Shown: positions 19,411 to 30,429 of the stretch, piece after piece | How positions within the stretch are numbered: position 1 is the first letter of the stretch | How the letters are laid out: each line of letters begins with the position of its first letter | NCBI GenBank assembly: GCA_963674945.2 | Contig: CAXXWQ010000002.1 | Span: 288,001 to 352,000, forward strand | Direction: 5' to 3' | Source of the DNA: an uncultured Desulfosarcina sp. | Lineage (GTDB): Bacteria; Desulfobacterota; Desulfobacteria; Desulfobacterales; Desulfosarcinaceae | DNA: 64,000 nt | The notes under the pieces: generated by a model | The model's database searches: none | What the model was told of the DNA's origin: nothing | What the model saw: the letters and a program-made list of their open reading frames with translations, nothing else | Translations under genes and position numbers: made by a program

Positions 19411-20289
19411 TCAGTGCTTTATTCTCAATGCGTCGGTCAGTATCTTAAAATCGAATCGATCACTTTTCCATCCCAGGTCTCCATCGATTTGAAGTCGTAA
19501 TGGACGGTCCAATTCAATCATCGCCCTTTTCCCCGTCCGGTAATCACCTACACGGTTGCCGATGGTAAATCCTTGCAGGAAAGCGGCCACGATCCGAAAA
19601 AATCCAGAGGACAGGGCCATGGTGTGCAGCCGACCATCGTCCCAACGGGCATGGGGGACCACCTTCAGGCCCATTCCGAAGAAAGGTTGTTTGACCACCA
19701 TGAAGCTTACGAGATTTTCCATACGTATTGTTTTGTCGTCTATCCGGATCCAGGCGCCGGTGGGCCGGTACGCATGGAAAACTGCGCTGACAACGGCGCG
19801 GAAGTGGGCGTGGAACCCATGGTATCCCATGTTTCGATACTTTTCATAGCGTTTTATGGCCGTGCCGTCGATTCCCAGAGATGCCATGAAGGATTTACGC
19901 TTGCCCCCACAATCGATGAGATCGTACCGATACATCTTTCCATTGCGGATCCGATTGGCGACAGCCAAAGGGCCGCCTCGATATCCAAGCGCATGGGTGA
20001 GGGCGTTTCCGGTCCCGAAAGGCAGAAAGGCCAGCGTCGTTTTCGATACGTCTACGGTATTGATGGCCAAAGAGAAGGTACCGTCACCACCGGCCACGAC
20101 CATTACATCACATTTTTCGGCCTGGTCCCGGAGGCATTGGGCGAACTCTTCGGCGCTTTTCGTATCCAGTCCTTTGATCCGTGCACCGAAAATGGCGGCG
20201 ATCTTCTTTAAAAGCGCATAACGCCTTTCCATGGTCAAGACGCCGGAGACCGGATTGGCGATCACGCAGTAGCGTGTGTCGTCGGTCAT
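19411..20289 (-). CDS. Diacylglycerol/lipid kinase family protein
   Basis: IANPVSG, GGDGT, PFGTGN and QIDGD motifs; start set at MTDDTR. Confidence 0.88.
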   Translation of the reverse strand: MTDDTRYCVIANPVSGVLTMERRYALLKKIAAIFGARIKGLDTKSAEEFAQCLRDQAEKCDVMVVAGGDGTFSLAINTVDVSKTTLAFLPFGTGNALTHALGYRGGPLAVANRIRNGKMYRYDLIDCGGKRKSFMASLGIDGTAIKRYEKYRNMGYHGFHAHFRAVVSAVFHAYRPTGAWIRIDDKTIRMENLVSFMVVKQPFFGMGLKVVPHARWDDGRLHTMALSSGFFRIVAAFLQGFTIGNRVGDYRTGKRAMIELDRPLRLQIDGDLGWKSDRFDFKILTDALRIKH

Positions 20290-20415
20290 CAGAAGCCCCT
20301 TCTTTTCAACTTTTTCATAGGATGCAAAGGAATGAGGGATGTATAGAAAATCTGGCACGCATGACTCGTGAATACATGCCAAATTTTTATTTCATGGTGA
20401 TTGACGATCGATTTT

Positions 20416-20796
20416 TTATGCCGGACACAACTCCTTAATCTTCGACAAGAGTGCGGCCTTACGAAGCGGCTTGACAACGAAGGCATCACATTTTCCCCTG
20501 GCCTTTACCACATAGTCCACGTTGCTGTGGGCGGTGACCATGATCTTTTTTGCCGGTTTGATGCCGTTTTTCTGTTCCAATTGGCAAAACCGCTGCAGCA
20601 AATCCAAGCCGGTGATGTCCGGCAGTTCGATGTCGATGGTGATGAGATCATAATATTCACCGTTGCCAATGGCTTCCACGAAATACTCTGTTGCTTCGAT
20701 GCCAGTTACAGCGGTGTCACAGTTGCCGACATTGGTCAGCATCAACTCCAGTTTTTTCAAGGCGATGGGTTCGTCATCGATCAACAAGATTTTCAT
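20416..20796 (-). CDS. Single-domain response regulator
   Basis: [15 protein letters not shown] and VKP motifs; ATG overlaps the kinase stop. Confidence 0.88.
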   Translation of the reverse strand: MKILLIDDEPIALKKLELMLTNVGNCDTAVTGIEATEYFVEAIGNGEYYDLITIDIELPDITGLDLLQRFCQLEQKNGIKPAKKIMVTAHSNVDYVVKARGKCDAFVVKPLRKAALLSKIKELCPA

Positions 20797-23453
20797 ACCA
20801 TATTTCCTTCCCATTGGGTGATAAACTCTTTAAACCGCTGAAATTGGTCCGTAAGATCGACAATTTGTTCGTTCAATTCTTCCATGGTGCCGGAAGGGCT
20901 GTGATTTTCCAGAAGGGCCGCCGCTTTTGACAGTGCCGCCGCTTCCAATGTCGCGGCACCGCCCTTGATGGCATGGGCCTCTTTTCGAATTCGTTCCCGG
21001 TCCCTTTGATCCATGGATTTTCGGATAATCGGTAGCTGGGCATCTATATTTTCGATCAGTTGACGGGCCACAACGATGACGGTCTCGGCATCACCGAATT
21101 CATCCACCGCGGTAACCGTGTCCATGACCTTCGCATCGGGCGTATCGGTGGCGGTGATGGATTCTCCGTTTTCCGTTCGGTTCCTCTGTTGCATGCCATC
21201 GTCTTTGGTTTTGATCCATTTATCGGCCGTTTCGATCAGCTGATGCCGCCGAACCGGCTTGGTAAGATAGCCGTCCATGCCGGCATCCCGGCATTTTTTT
21301 TCATCCCCCTTCATGGCGTTTGCCGTCAGCGCAATGATAGGGACCCGTTGGACAGATTTCCGGGCGTTTTCCAATGCCCGGATTTTCCCGGTTGCCTCGA
21401 ACCCGTTGCAGACGGGCATCTGAATGTCCATGAAGATCAGATCGTACAGGCCGGCCTCGAAGGCCTCTACTGCCTTTTGGCCGTTTTCGGCCACATCCAC
21501 ATCGAAGCCAGCCGCCGTCAAATGCAAGAATGCCGCCTGTTGGTTGGTAATATAGTCATCGACAAGGAGGATCCGTCCCTGTCGAATGGGCTGGCGTTCG
21601 TTTTCGGGCAGTGCCGATTCGGCGACCACCGTTCGTCGGCTTTTTTCCGCCGATTCGAATGTTCCGCCGTTCAAATGATCCACTATCGATTTTATTTCTC
21701 CCAGTTTTGCCGGTTTGGAAAGGCAGCCGTCGAAACCCAGGGCCAGATAATCCTTTGCCACCGCCATCTCTTTTAAACTCGTGAATACAATGACAGGCGT
21801 TGCGGCATACGGTGGGAACTGCCGCATGCGTTTTTTGAGCGTCATGCCATTCATGTCCGGCATCCGGGCATCGATGATGATGGCGCTGATCGGCGTCTCT
21901 TCTTTGGACATTTCAGTAAGGAGCGAAAGGGCCGTTTGGCCATCGGTGGCCGTTACTGCCGTCATCCCCAGTTGGTCAAGATATTGTGCCATAACCTTGC
22001 AGGTTGTGGCGCTATTATCCACCACCAACAAGGTCATTGTCTCTTCAGTGATTTCCTGACAGATCCGTTCTGCTGGTTGGGGCACCTGTAATCCAAAATC
22101 GGCGGTAAACCAGAAGGAGCTTCCTTTTCCCGGCCGGCTTTCGACACCAATCTTTCCGCCCATCATTTCCACCAGTTGTTTGCTGATGGCCGTTCCCAGT
22201 CCCGTCCCGCCATATTGCCGCGTCGTTGAACTGTCGGCCTGGGTAAAGCTGGAAAAGATCTGGTCCAATTTGTCCGGCTCGATGCCGATACCCGTATCGG
22301 TGATGGTGAATCGGAGTGTTACCCGGTCCTCGGAGACGGCTTCTTTTCGTGCATCAATGAATATCTCACCGGATTCGGTAAATTTCGCGGCATTTCCGGT
22401 GAGGTTCATCAGTATTTGACGAAGTCGCACGGGGTCACCCATCAATGCCGAGGGAACCGACATCGGTACGAAAACATTGAGTTCGACACCCTTTTCCGAG
22501 GTTTGAAAAACAAAACTTTCACCCACCTCGTCTACCAAGTCCCGAAGGTCGAATCCGATGTGCTCGAGTTCCATCTTTCCGGATTCGATTTTCGAAAAAT
22601 CCAGCACATCATTGATCTGATGAAGCAGCGAAAAGGATTCCCTGCCGATGATTTCGATGATTTGTCGCTGGTTTTCGTCCAGGTCGGTGGACAGCGCCAC
22701 TTCGGTCATTCCGATGATGCCGTTTAACGGGGTCCGCAATTCGTGGCTCATATTGGCGAGAAATTCGCTCTTGGCCCGGTTGGCGGCCTGGGCCTTTTGG
22801 GCAAGGGCGCTTGTCCTGGCCATTGCCTGTTCCAGCTCAATCTGGGACATGGTCAACTCCAGGGTTCGCTCTGCCACCTGCTCTTCGAGCAGACGACTTT
22901 GATTTTGCATCAGGTGGGCATAGGCGATGCTTTCCGCCGCATTGGCAACGTGAAGCAAAATAATGGACAACAAGGTATTGGCCGTATCGGGCAATACCAT
23001 TTGATCCAATGGCAACAGACCGACGAACATTCCCCGGATCTGGTTATGGTTGGCAATTACATGAAGCAGGAATTGACGGCCTTGATCCATGGAGGAGATC
23101 GGCACACTTCGACGTTCGCGAATGGCCCATGCGAAATATCCCTCCTCGATCATATGGTCCACCTCCTGTTGAATCATCGATACCAGATGATCGGGGTCGC
23201 CGAAGGCGGACTGAAATGAAAAATCCGATTCATCCACGAGGTAAAAGACCTGACCCTCAAATGGGAAAATGGTGTCGATCCGTCGTTTGGCTTCGGGCAG
23301 CAATGCATCAAAATCGGTGTTTTCGCCTTCAATGTTGGTATAAAAGTCTTCCAGTGACAGCACCATCTCCAACGCATTCTGGATATACCGACGATTTTCC
23401 TCCAGATGAGAAATTCTCGACTCAAGGGCCTCGATCCTGCTGATAGACGTCAC
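20793..23453 (-). CDS. Hybrid histidine kinase (HisKA-HATPase-REC-REC-HPt)
   Basis: [21 protein letters not shown], two receiver domains and HPt motif AHAIKGGAA. Confidence 0.93.
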   Translation of the reverse strand: MTSISRIEALESRISHLEENRRYIQNALEMVLSLEDFYTNIEGENTDFDALLPEAKRRIDTIFPFEGQVFYLVDESDFSFQSAFGDPDHLVSMIQQEVDHMIEEGYFAWAIRERRSVPISSMDQGRQFLLHVIANHNQIRGMFVGLLPLDQMVLPDTANTLLSIILLHVANAAESIAYAHLMQNQSRLLEEQVAERTLELTMSQIELEQAMARTSALAQKAQAANRAKSEFLANMSHELRTPLNGIIGMTEVALSTDLDENQRQIIEIIGRESFSLLHQINDVLDFSKIESGKMELEHIGFDLRDLVDEVGESFVFQTSEKGVELNVFVPMSVPSALMGDPVRLRQILMNLTGNAAKFTESGEIFIDARKEAVSEDRVTLRFTITDTGIGIEPDKLDQIFSSFTQADSSTTRQYGGTGLGTAISKQLVEMMGGKIGVESRPGKGSSFWFTADFGLQVPQPAERICQEITEETMTLLVVDNSATTCKVMAQYLDQLGMTAVTATDGQTALSLLTEMSKEETPISAIIIDARMPDMNGMTLKKRMRQFPPYAATPVIVFTSLKEMAVAKDYLALGFDGCLSKPAKLGEIKSIVDHLNGGTFESAEKSRRTVVAESALPENERQPIRQGRILLVDDYITNQQAAFLHLTAAGFDVDVAENGQKAVEAFEAGLYDLIFMDIQMPVCNGFEATGKIRALENARKSVQRVPIIALTANAMKGDEKKCRDAGMDGYLTKPVRRHQLIETADKWIKTKDDGMQQRNRTENGESITATDTPDAKVMDTVTAVDEFGDAETVIVVARQLIENIDAQLPIIRKSMDQRDRERIRKEAHAIKGGAATLEAAALSKAAALLENHSPSGTMEELNEQIVDLTDQFQRFKEFITQWEGNMV

Positions 23454-23454
23454 T

Positions 23455-24690
23455 TTATTTATCCTCTGAAAAGACTGTCACGAGAAAGTCGAGGTGATCG
23501 ATCGCCTGGTCCATAATTACGGAGAGGCTTTTCGCCGATAACCGAAGCTTCTCCCATGCATCGGCATTCAATGTTGGAACCCGCAATTCACCGCTTCTTC
23601 CTTCCCCCAGGCTGTGTGCGATGATATCGGCAAGGTGGATCACTGCGGCCTTCACCGGGTCCTGGGCGGATAAGGGACGATGGTGGTAAATGACATTTTG
23701 ACTCAAGGCCACGGGAAAGTTCCACTTTTTGAAAAGATCGGCGGCGACATCGGTGTGACGGAAGCCCATCATGGCTTTTTCCGTGTCGTACAGCATTGCG
23801 TTTTGTTCTTCGGATGAGGACAACATCCACGCCGATTCCTTTGGGAAATGTTTGAAAATCACCAGGCGACCGATATCGTGAAGCAGACCGGAGACGAACA
23901 TCTGTTCCGTATTTCGAATGTTGCCGCTGGCCGAGATCGTTCGGGCGAGGACGCCGCAGGCCAGATTGTGGTGGGTGAATGCCTGCATATCAAACACTTC
24001 CTTGGGAATGTCTTTGAATATTTCCATCGTGGTGATGCCGACGGCAAGAGCGGAGACCTCCTTTGATCCGATGATGGTAACGGCACGTGTAACGGTGTCG
24101 ATGCGGGATGGAAACCCGTAAAAGGCACTGTTGACGATTCGCAGCAAGAGTGCGGAAAGACCGGGACTCTTGTTGATCACACGGGCGATGTCCTCCGCCG
24201 ACGAGAACGGGTCGGCAATGGTGTCATTGAGTTGAAAGATGATGGACGGAATTTCCGGAAGATCGATCTCCCGGTTGCTGATCTTTTGGCGCATTCCTTT
24301 TCCGGGATTCAAGTTGGGGGTATCGGGCGCGGTCGTATTCATCCTGGCCGGCTTCCGATGATCCTCCGGCTTCCTGCTCCGGTGGAGAACCGAATGACGA
24401 AAAATTTCCGCTACCGCAGGGTGGCCCAGATCGTTATCGGCAAAGGCGGTTTTCAGATTCTCGGCCACCTGTCGTATTTTTTCCGGATTCGGTGCACTGA
24501 CGTCGTTTTCATTGGCGTCATTAGACGGTTCCTGCACCGCAACTTCTCTGATGCCCCAGGTTTTGAATACCGTCAGGTGATTGTTGCGGACGGTTTTTCC
24601 CTTTGAGAGAAAGAGCTTTCCGTTTACGCCGATGACGTCTTCTGAGAGAATCATTCCTGTTTTCAGTTGATCTATAGGAAGATTTGGCAT
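23455..24690 (-). CDS. HDOD domain protein
   Basis: [25 protein letters not shown] and HHRP motifs. Confidence 0.9.
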   Translation of the reverse strand: MPNLPIDQLKTGMILSEDVIGVNGKLFLSKGKTVRNNHLTVFKTWGIREVAVQEPSNDANENDVSAPNPEKIRQVAENLKTAFADNDLGHPAVAEIFRHSVLHRSRKPEDHRKPARMNTTAPDTPNLNPGKGMRQKISNREIDLPEIPSIIFQLNDTIADPFSSAEDIARVINKSPGLSALLLRIVNSAFYGFPSRIDTVTRAVTIIGSKEVSALAVGITTMEIFKDIPKEVFDMQAFTHHNLACGVLARTISASGNIRNTEQMFVSGLLHDIGRLVIFKHFPKESAWMLSSSEEQNAMLYDTEKAMMGFRHTDVAADLFKKWNFPVALSQNVIYHHRPLSAQDPVKAAVIHLADIIAHSLGEGRSGELRVPTLNADAWEKLRLSAKSLSVIMDQAIDHLDFLVTVFSEDK

Positions 24691-24866
24691 GGTTCACCAT
24701 TCTTTTTTTTATGCGGATTGCACATCTTTATCAATTTTCTTTATCGTGCAGTTGCTGTGCAACTTGAGGGTTTGAAATTCCAGGGGAAGGTGATTATTTT
24801 TGTCAATATATGGGTTCAAGCCGTACCATTTGATGAAAACGGACAGAACTGGAACTGGAGGAGCCA

Positions 24867-25766
24867 ATGGAAGAACAGCGAAAAGCGGCAGTCTGGGGAG
24901 CATTCGTGGCCGATGCACTGGCATTGGGCGTCCACTGGGTATACAATGTCAACGTCATCGATAAAAAATTCGGTCGGATCCAAGGATACGTCGACCCCAT
25001 CACATCCTTTCATGAAGGCAAGAAAGCGGGGGATTTTACACACTACGGGGATCAGATGCTCCTGCTTTTGGAATCGTTGGACGAACGCGGGGTGTATGAC
25101 GAAAGCCGCTTTGCCCGCTCCTGGCGGGAATTTTTCTCCACATACAAGGGCTATTTCGACAAAGCAACGAAAGGGACCCTGGAAAATATGGCTGCCGGAA
25201 AAGGCGAGACCGAAAGCGGTTCCGCATCCGACGATCTGGCCGGGGCTTCACGGATGGCCGCCTTGCTTGCCACCGATGACGATGATCCGGAGCATCTGGT
25301 TCAGGCCGCCCGGTCCCAGACCGCCGTCACGCACGGTGATGAACGGGTGATGCAAAGCGCCGATTTCTTTTCCCGCGTGGTCATGGCGGTTCTACAGGGA
25401 GAATCCCCGGTGGTCGCTTTGGAGACGATCGCCAAATCCCATTTTTCCCATAGCGCTATTTCCGATTTGATCCGTGCGGGGCTCGAGAGCCGCGAGGGAG
25501 AAACCAGAAAGGTCATATCCGACTTCGGTCAGATGTGTAGCGTGGGGGCCGGCCTGCCCGGCGCCATTCATCTCATTTGCCGATACACAGATGACCTTGC
25601 CACCGCATTGGTGGAGAACGTCATGGCCGGGGGGGATTCATCGGCCCGGGGAATTCTGGCCGGCATGGTACTCGGGGCGGCCAACGGCATGGCGGCCATA
25701 CCGGCGCGATGGATAACGGAGATGAATGCCGCGGAGAGAATCAAGGCGCGGTTGGATCGTCTTTGA
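24867..25766 (+). CDS. ADP-ribosylglycohydrolase family protein (divergent)
   Basis: GAFVADALALG, QTAVTH and ENVMAGGDS motifs; GGAGG RBS. Confidence 0.85.
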   Translation: MEEQRKAAVWGAFVADALALGVHWVYNVNVIDKKFGRIQGYVDPITSFHEGKKAGDFTHYGDQMLLLLESLDERGVYDESRFARSWREFFSTYKGYFDKATKGTLENMAAGKGETESGSASDDLAGASRMAALLATDDDDPEHLVQAARSQTAVTHGDERVMQSADFFSRVVMAVLQGESPVVALETIAKSHFSHSAISDLIRAGLESREGETRKVISDFGQMCSVGAGLPGAIHLICRYTDDLATALVENVMAGGDSSARGILAGMVLGAANGMAAIPARWITEMNAAERIKARLDRL

Positions 25767-25789
25767 TAATTGCAATTTATTGGGGTGAA

Positions 25790-25976
25790 AAAATCATGGT
25801 CCTTTGGACCAGTCAGCGTTCATTTGCCTTGCCGTATGCTTGTTGCCAGAATTCAGGAGTCAGCATTCAGAATCCAGAATCAGGTACTCGCCTTCGGCTC
25901 CATCCATTTGATCAAATCGGCGGAGCAAAGCGACATCAGATTCGTTCTGGCTCCTGAATTCTGGCTTCTGACTCCT
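25790..25976 (+). repeat. Host repeat family A, copy 2 (empty site)
   Basis: CAGGAGTCAG...GTACTCGCCTTCGGCTCCATCC...GAGCAAAGCGAC...TTCTGGCTCCTGAATTCTGGCTTCTGACTCCT. Confidence 0.85.
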
Positions 25977-26035
25977 ATAATTCCCTGTTATCGAAGCGCA
26001 GGTGCCCATATCGAACTTTTTACGAAGCCGTCACG

Positions 26036-27076
26036 CTATGGGCGAATGCCCGCGTCAGTATCGAACGTCTCGGGTGGTTGGGGCAGATTGCCGCGAATAA
26101 GAAAATTCTTCTGAAGACTCTGAACGATCCGGTCGACTTCGGCAATTTCGTCTCGAATCTCCTGGATACCGTCCCGGGTCGTGCTGGTTAGTCTGGGGAT
26201 GTCTTCGCTGCCTTCTTTCACATTCAACAAAACGGCCTGAATGGTGTCAAGGGACTTCTGGGTTTTTTCCAGGATCATTTTCAGACGCTCCACGCTCTCC
26301 ACGACGCCGACGCCGGCAGTCCGTATGGTTTCGAGGTTTTCGTTCACCCGATCCATCACCTCCGGACCCTTTGCCGTGGTTCGGCGTAAATCCTCTATGG
26401 CCGGCCCCACCTGATTCAGGTTCGACATCACGGTATCCACCAGTTCCCTGGACGCGATCAGCGAGCCCACCGTTCCCTCTCCCCGCTGGATGTCACCGGT
26501 GACCTGCGCCAGGTGTTGGGCAGTCGCCTCCAGACTCTTCACGGTGCCCATCAAGGGGCCATCCGGATCTTTCAGGTTGGCGACCAATTCGGTGATGTCC
26601 TGGATGGCCTGAACGACCAGGCGCGCCGTCTTCTCCACTTCGAAGTCCTTAAGAATGTCCGAAACCGATTTTTTTTCCTTTGATGGAATGGTTCCCCCGT
26701 CAGGGATAATGGGTGATCTCGATCGTCCCGGAATGATGGAGATGTATTCGGAACCGATGAGGGTCGGGCTGTCCACCACGGCCACCGCATCTTCCCGGAT
26801 GCGGGATGCGTATTTCGCCAAAATCGCCAGCTTTACCTTGACGTTGTCCTCCCCCAAACTGATTTCTTTCACCTTTCCGATATCCGCTCTGAAGAGTTTG
26901 ACCGCCGCATTGACCTGCAGGTTGTAGCTCTCTTTGAACTCCGTATAGAAAGTGACCTCTTCGGCGAACCAGTCCTTCCCGCGTCCCAGAAGAACCACTG
27001 TGGCCAGCAATAGTGCCGTGATGCCGATGACGAAGAGGCCGACAAGCTTTTCCATTTTCGTATAGGTGGTTTGCAT
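26036..27076 (-). CDS. MlaD/MCE family protein
   Basis: N-terminal TM (VGLFVI), MCE domain (IGKVKEI...LIGSEYISIIPG) and long helical tail. Confidence 0.88.
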   Translation of the reverse strand: MQTTYTKMEKLVGLFVIGITALLLATVVLLGRGKDWFAEEVTFYTEFKESYNLQVNAAVKLFRADIGKVKEISLGEDNVKVKLAILAKYASRIREDAVAVVDSPTLIGSEYISIIPGRSRSPIIPDGGTIPSKEKKSVSDILKDFEVEKTARLVVQAIQDITELVANLKDPDGPLMGTVKSLEATAQHLAQVTGDIQRGEGTVGSLIASRELVDTVMSNLNQVGPAIEDLRRTTAKGPEVMDRVNENLETIRTAGVGVVESVERLKMILEKTQKSLDTIQAVLLNVKEGSEDIPRLTSTTRDGIQEIRDEIAEVDRIVQSLQKNFLIRGNLPQPPETFDTDAGIRP

Positions 27077-27145
27077 CAGATGGTCGCTTTCAGAAGAGAG
27101 ATGTTTCGTGGTGAACCACTGTCGGTATGGATGGTTTCCCTATTT

Positions 27146-27847
27146 TCATTCGTTCTCCGGCTCATTGTCTACATCCCAGGATTGGATCGTCCGGTCCATC
27201 ATCATCAGGATCCGGTTGGCCAAACCATAGACGCGGTTATGGTTGGAAATGAATACCAGCGCCGTCTTGTCACGAACAATTTGCTTCAGATAACCGAACA
27301 GCCCATCATTCACCGTAACGTCCATGAAGTTTTCGGGACGGTCGATCAACATGACCGACGGCGATTTGCCCATTTCGCGGATCGTGATGGCCTGTAACAC
27401 CTCCGCTTCGGAAAGGGCCGATGGCCGCAAGTCCAGCTTCGTGGTTATTCCGGCCTCATCGCACAGGCTTGCGATCTCTTTTGCCAGTTCGATGGTCAGA
27501 TCGTCCTCTTCGTAAAACCGGTGAAGCAAAAGGTTCTCCCGTATGGTCCGGTTGCTGATCAATGCCGAATCATCGGCCACATAGCCGATCTGCCGTTTGA
27601 CGGGGAGGCACTGGCGGTAGTTTTTCGGGTCTACCGGCGAATTTTTAAATCGGTAGGTGCCGTTTTCCGGGATGCTCAATGTTGCCATGACCCGAAGAAG
27701 GTGCCTGGCGTCATTGTGTCTCGGGGTTTGGATGGCGATCACGTCACCCGGTGCGACCGCAAGCCGTTTCGTTTCATATTGACCGTGACTGCCCGATGAT
27801 ACCAGGGTCAAATTCGTAATTTCGATAATGGGGTCGGGGTGCGTCAT
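27146..27847 (-). CDS. MlaF-like ABC ATPase-fold protein with degenerate motifs
   Basis: ABC scaffold recognisable (RQIGYV, TIRENLLL, RPSALS), but Walker A, signature and Walker B are replaced; lies between mlaE-like and mlaD-like genes. Confidence 0.75.
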   Translation of the reverse strand: MTHPDPIIEITNLTLVSSGSHGQYETKRLAVAPGDVIAIQTPRHNDARHLLRVMATLSIPENGTYRFKNSPVDPKNYRQCLPVKRQIGYVADDSALISNRTIRENLLLHRFYEEDDLTIELAKEIASLCDEAGITTKLDLRPSALSEAEVLQAITIREMGKSPSVMLIDRPENFMDVTVNDGLFGYLKQIVRDKTALVFISNHNRVYGLANRILMMMDRTIQSWDVDNEPENE

Positions 27848-27851
27848 CGTG

Positions 27852-28649
27852 TTAAATATAAAAAAGTAACGATATCAATATGTTAAATACAAGGCAATAG
27901 AAAAAGCAGTCAACGGCGGCCCGGGACGTGGCAACCGGCACATGGGTGATTCGTGCTTCACAGTTCAGGCCATGGTACAGGCAGGTAACGGTGATCAAGA
28001 CACCATCGCCGATGCCCTTGAGCAAACCGGCTGCGATGTCGGAACCCATGACGCCTTTTGCAATCTGCTGAAAAAAGCCTTCGATGGGCAGCATCGTCAC
28101 ACTTTTAACGATGACGTAACCCCCGATGATGGCCATGAGATCGAAAACCAGAATCAGACTGACAACGGCCGTGGTAATGCCGATCAATCGTGGGAAGCAG
28201 ACGAGATGAAACGGGTCGATACCGGACATCTCCAGCGCGTCGATCTCATGGAGAACATTCATGTATGACGTCTCGATGGTGACCGCAGTAGCGGATCGAA
28301 GGATTACGATAATGGCCGTAATGAGGGGACCGATTTCCCGAAGCACAAGCAATACCACCAGCTTCCCCAGATCCACCTGGCCGGACAACTGGGAAAACTG
28401 GACGATCAAGGTGCTGCCGATGATCAGGGCGATGGGAATGATGACGGGAAGTGCCTGAACTGCGGTGAAGTAGATCTGTTCGATGATCACCCGTTTAATC
28501 ATGCTTCGGCCTTTTTTCGGCAGTGGAAGGGCGATATCGGTGAGGCGATAGGTCAGCGCACACAGATCCATCAGGCGGTTGGCGGAATCAATGGCCCTTC
28601 TTCCCAAGGCATCTATCCAATTCCCAATTTTACGATTCGCGATGGCCAT
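27852..28649 (-). CDS. MlaE family ABC permease
   Basis: REIGPLITAIIVILRS, EIDALEMSGIDP and VPVATSRA motifs; start set at MAIANR. Confidence 0.9.
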   Translation of the reverse strand: MAIANRKIGNWIDALGRRAIDSANRLMDLCALTYRLTDIALPLPKKGRSMIKRVIIEQIYFTAVQALPVIIPIALIIGSTLIVQFSQLSGQVDLGKLVVLLVLREIGPLITAIIVILRSATAVTIETSYMNVLHEIDALEMSGIDPFHLVCFPRLIGITTAVVSLILVFDLMAIIGGYVIVKSVTMLPIEGFFQQIAKGVMGSDIAAGLLKGIGDGVLITVTCLYHGLNCEARITHVPVATSRAAVDCFFYCLVFNILISLLFYI

Positions 28650-28919
28650 GTGATGTATATTTTTGGTATGTTCCTGGTGTATGGGCAAATGAGGGACGAA
28701 GGACGATGGAAGCGGGATGAAAAGCGATCGCTTTTGCTCGTCCCTCATCCTTCTTTCTTCGTTTTCATACCCCTCGAATACTAGAAGAAGGCCGTGAGTC
28801 CACCGCCAGCAAGGTCCAAATGCGGTTATCCCGAGGGATCGAAGCACCCTTGTTGACTTATCCGATTTCTTACAATATATTTTCCATGTCGGTCAATAGA
28901 ATAGGGTAACTATCAAGAA

Positions 28920-29822
28920 TTGAAAGTAAATTTCATACTTCTGCGAATTTTTCCATTTGCATTGTTGCTCCTTTTTCCGGTGGCTTTGTTCGGTTTGCAC
29001 GTTGGCAGGTTTGTCCAGGTTTTGGATACGGGACAAATCGTCTGGTGCAAAAGCATCGTCCGGGCCCGCGGTGTTGCCGCTCCCGCCACGGCCCACGGAG
29101 ATGGAGATACGGGTGTCGATTCGCCTCCGGACACACTCCAGGCCGCGCGGCGAATCGCCGAGGCCAACCTATTGGAGACCGTCGGTACCATCCGTATCGA
29201 TTCCCGATTACGGGTTGTGGATCGAATGGCGCAAGACAACGCCTTTCGTACCGGTTTGACCACATTGATTCAAAATGCGTCACTTACCCACCAGGAGTAT
29301 CTTTCCGATGGCACCGTGGAGGTCGAATTGGAAATGAGCATTACCGGGGGATTCGCCCAGTTCGTGCTGCCAGAGGAGATTCGACAGGTGGATTCGGTCA
29401 CGACCGTCACCAACACCAAACCGGAAGATCGTCAGCGGGCCACACCCATGAAGACGGCTGAGAGCGAACCTTATACAGGATTGATATTGGATGCCACCGG
29501 CATCGATGCACAACCCGCATTGGTACCGGTCGTGGTCGATGAATTGGGTGATGTTGTCTACGGTCCCGCCTTCGTCAGTCGCGAATTTGCCGTTTCCCGT
29601 GGTATGTGCGCCTTTTCGGCCTCTTTGGAATCGGCCCGCGACGACCGGCGCGTTGGGCCCCATCCACTCGTCATAAAAGCCTTGCGAACCGCTTCGTCCG
29701 GTGCGACGGATTTGGTGATTTCCACCGCCGATGCGGCACGATTGCGAAGCTCGGTTGATCATTTAAATTTTTTGAAGGCCTGCCGCGTGAGTATCGTGAT
29801 GGCACCGAAAGAGGTTCCATGA
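28920..29822 (+). CDS. Exported LPP20-like protein
   Basis: AARRIAEANLLETV and YTGLILDATG motifs; hydrophobic N-terminus; start uncertain. Confidence 0.65.
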   Translation: MKVNFILLRIFPFALLLLFPVALFGLHVGRFVQVLDTGQIVWCKSIVRARGVAAPATAHGDGDTGVDSPPDTLQAARRIAEANLLETVGTIRIDSRLRVVDRMAQDNAFRTGLTTLIQNASLTHQEYLSDGTVEVELEMSITGGFAQFVLPEEIRQVDSVTTVTNTKPEDRQRATPMKTAESEPYTGLILDATGIDAQPALVPVVVDELGDVVYGPAFVSREFAVSRGMCAFSASLESARDDRRVGPHPLVIKALRTASSGATDLVISTADAARLRSSVDHLNFLKACRVSIVMAPKEVP

Positions 29823-29878
29823 TCCGCTTAGCTGCAATTGTCCGACAATGTGTCAACGCATATCCATAAGGAGATATC

Positions 29879-30256
29879 ATGGCTCAACGCATCCGGCTCG
29901 TATATTTTGCCTTTTCCCTGGTTGTCCTGGGGATTGTCTTGGGCGCTTGTGGCCCCGACACCATTTTTCTCAGGCCAACGCTGGATACACCCGCCCAGCA
30001 TGTGAAAAATGGTCACAATCTTCTGGAACGGGAAAAAATCGATGCAGCCCATGCCGAATTCATGCGAGCTAAGGGATTGGATGATACCTATTGCCCGGCT
30101 TATGTCGGTCTCGCTTTGGTTCAGGGGCTTCGCGGAGACGTGGATGAAGGGCTGGCGATTTTAGATCAGGCGCGCGACCTGGCGAAGACACCGGAAGAGA
30201 TCAAAGCGGTGGAAGAGGGGGCGTTACGATTAAAAGCAATGCGGCCGGGGCAATGA
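29879..30256 (+). CDS. Small TPR-like lipoprotein
   Basis: Lipobox LGAC after a hydrophobic stretch; TPR-like helices (AYVGLALV); AGGAG RBS. Confidence 0.75.
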   Translation: MAQRIRLVYFAFSLVVLGIVLGACGPDTIFLRPTLDTPAQHVKNGHNLLEREKIDAAHAEFMRAKGLDDTYCPAYVGLALVQGLRGDVDEGLAILDQARDLAKTPEEIKAVEEGALRLKAMRPGQ

Positions 30257-30377
30257 GAATTCTCTTTTATAAATGAAAATGCCGTAACCAAAATTAAAAA
30301 AAGGAGAATCCAGGAGTCAGAATGATTCAGCGTTCGATGTTGGAAGTTCGATGTTCTACGTTCATTCCTCCGGTTTC

Positions 30378-30399
30378 AAGCCCCCTTCGGAGGGGGCTT
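30378..30399. terminator. Hairpin downstream of ahcY, between convergent genes
   Basis: AAGCCCCCT-TCGG-AGGGGGCTT. Confidence 0.6.
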
Positions 30400-30429
30400 C
30401 ATCAAACTGCCCGCTCAGCGGGTGATTTA

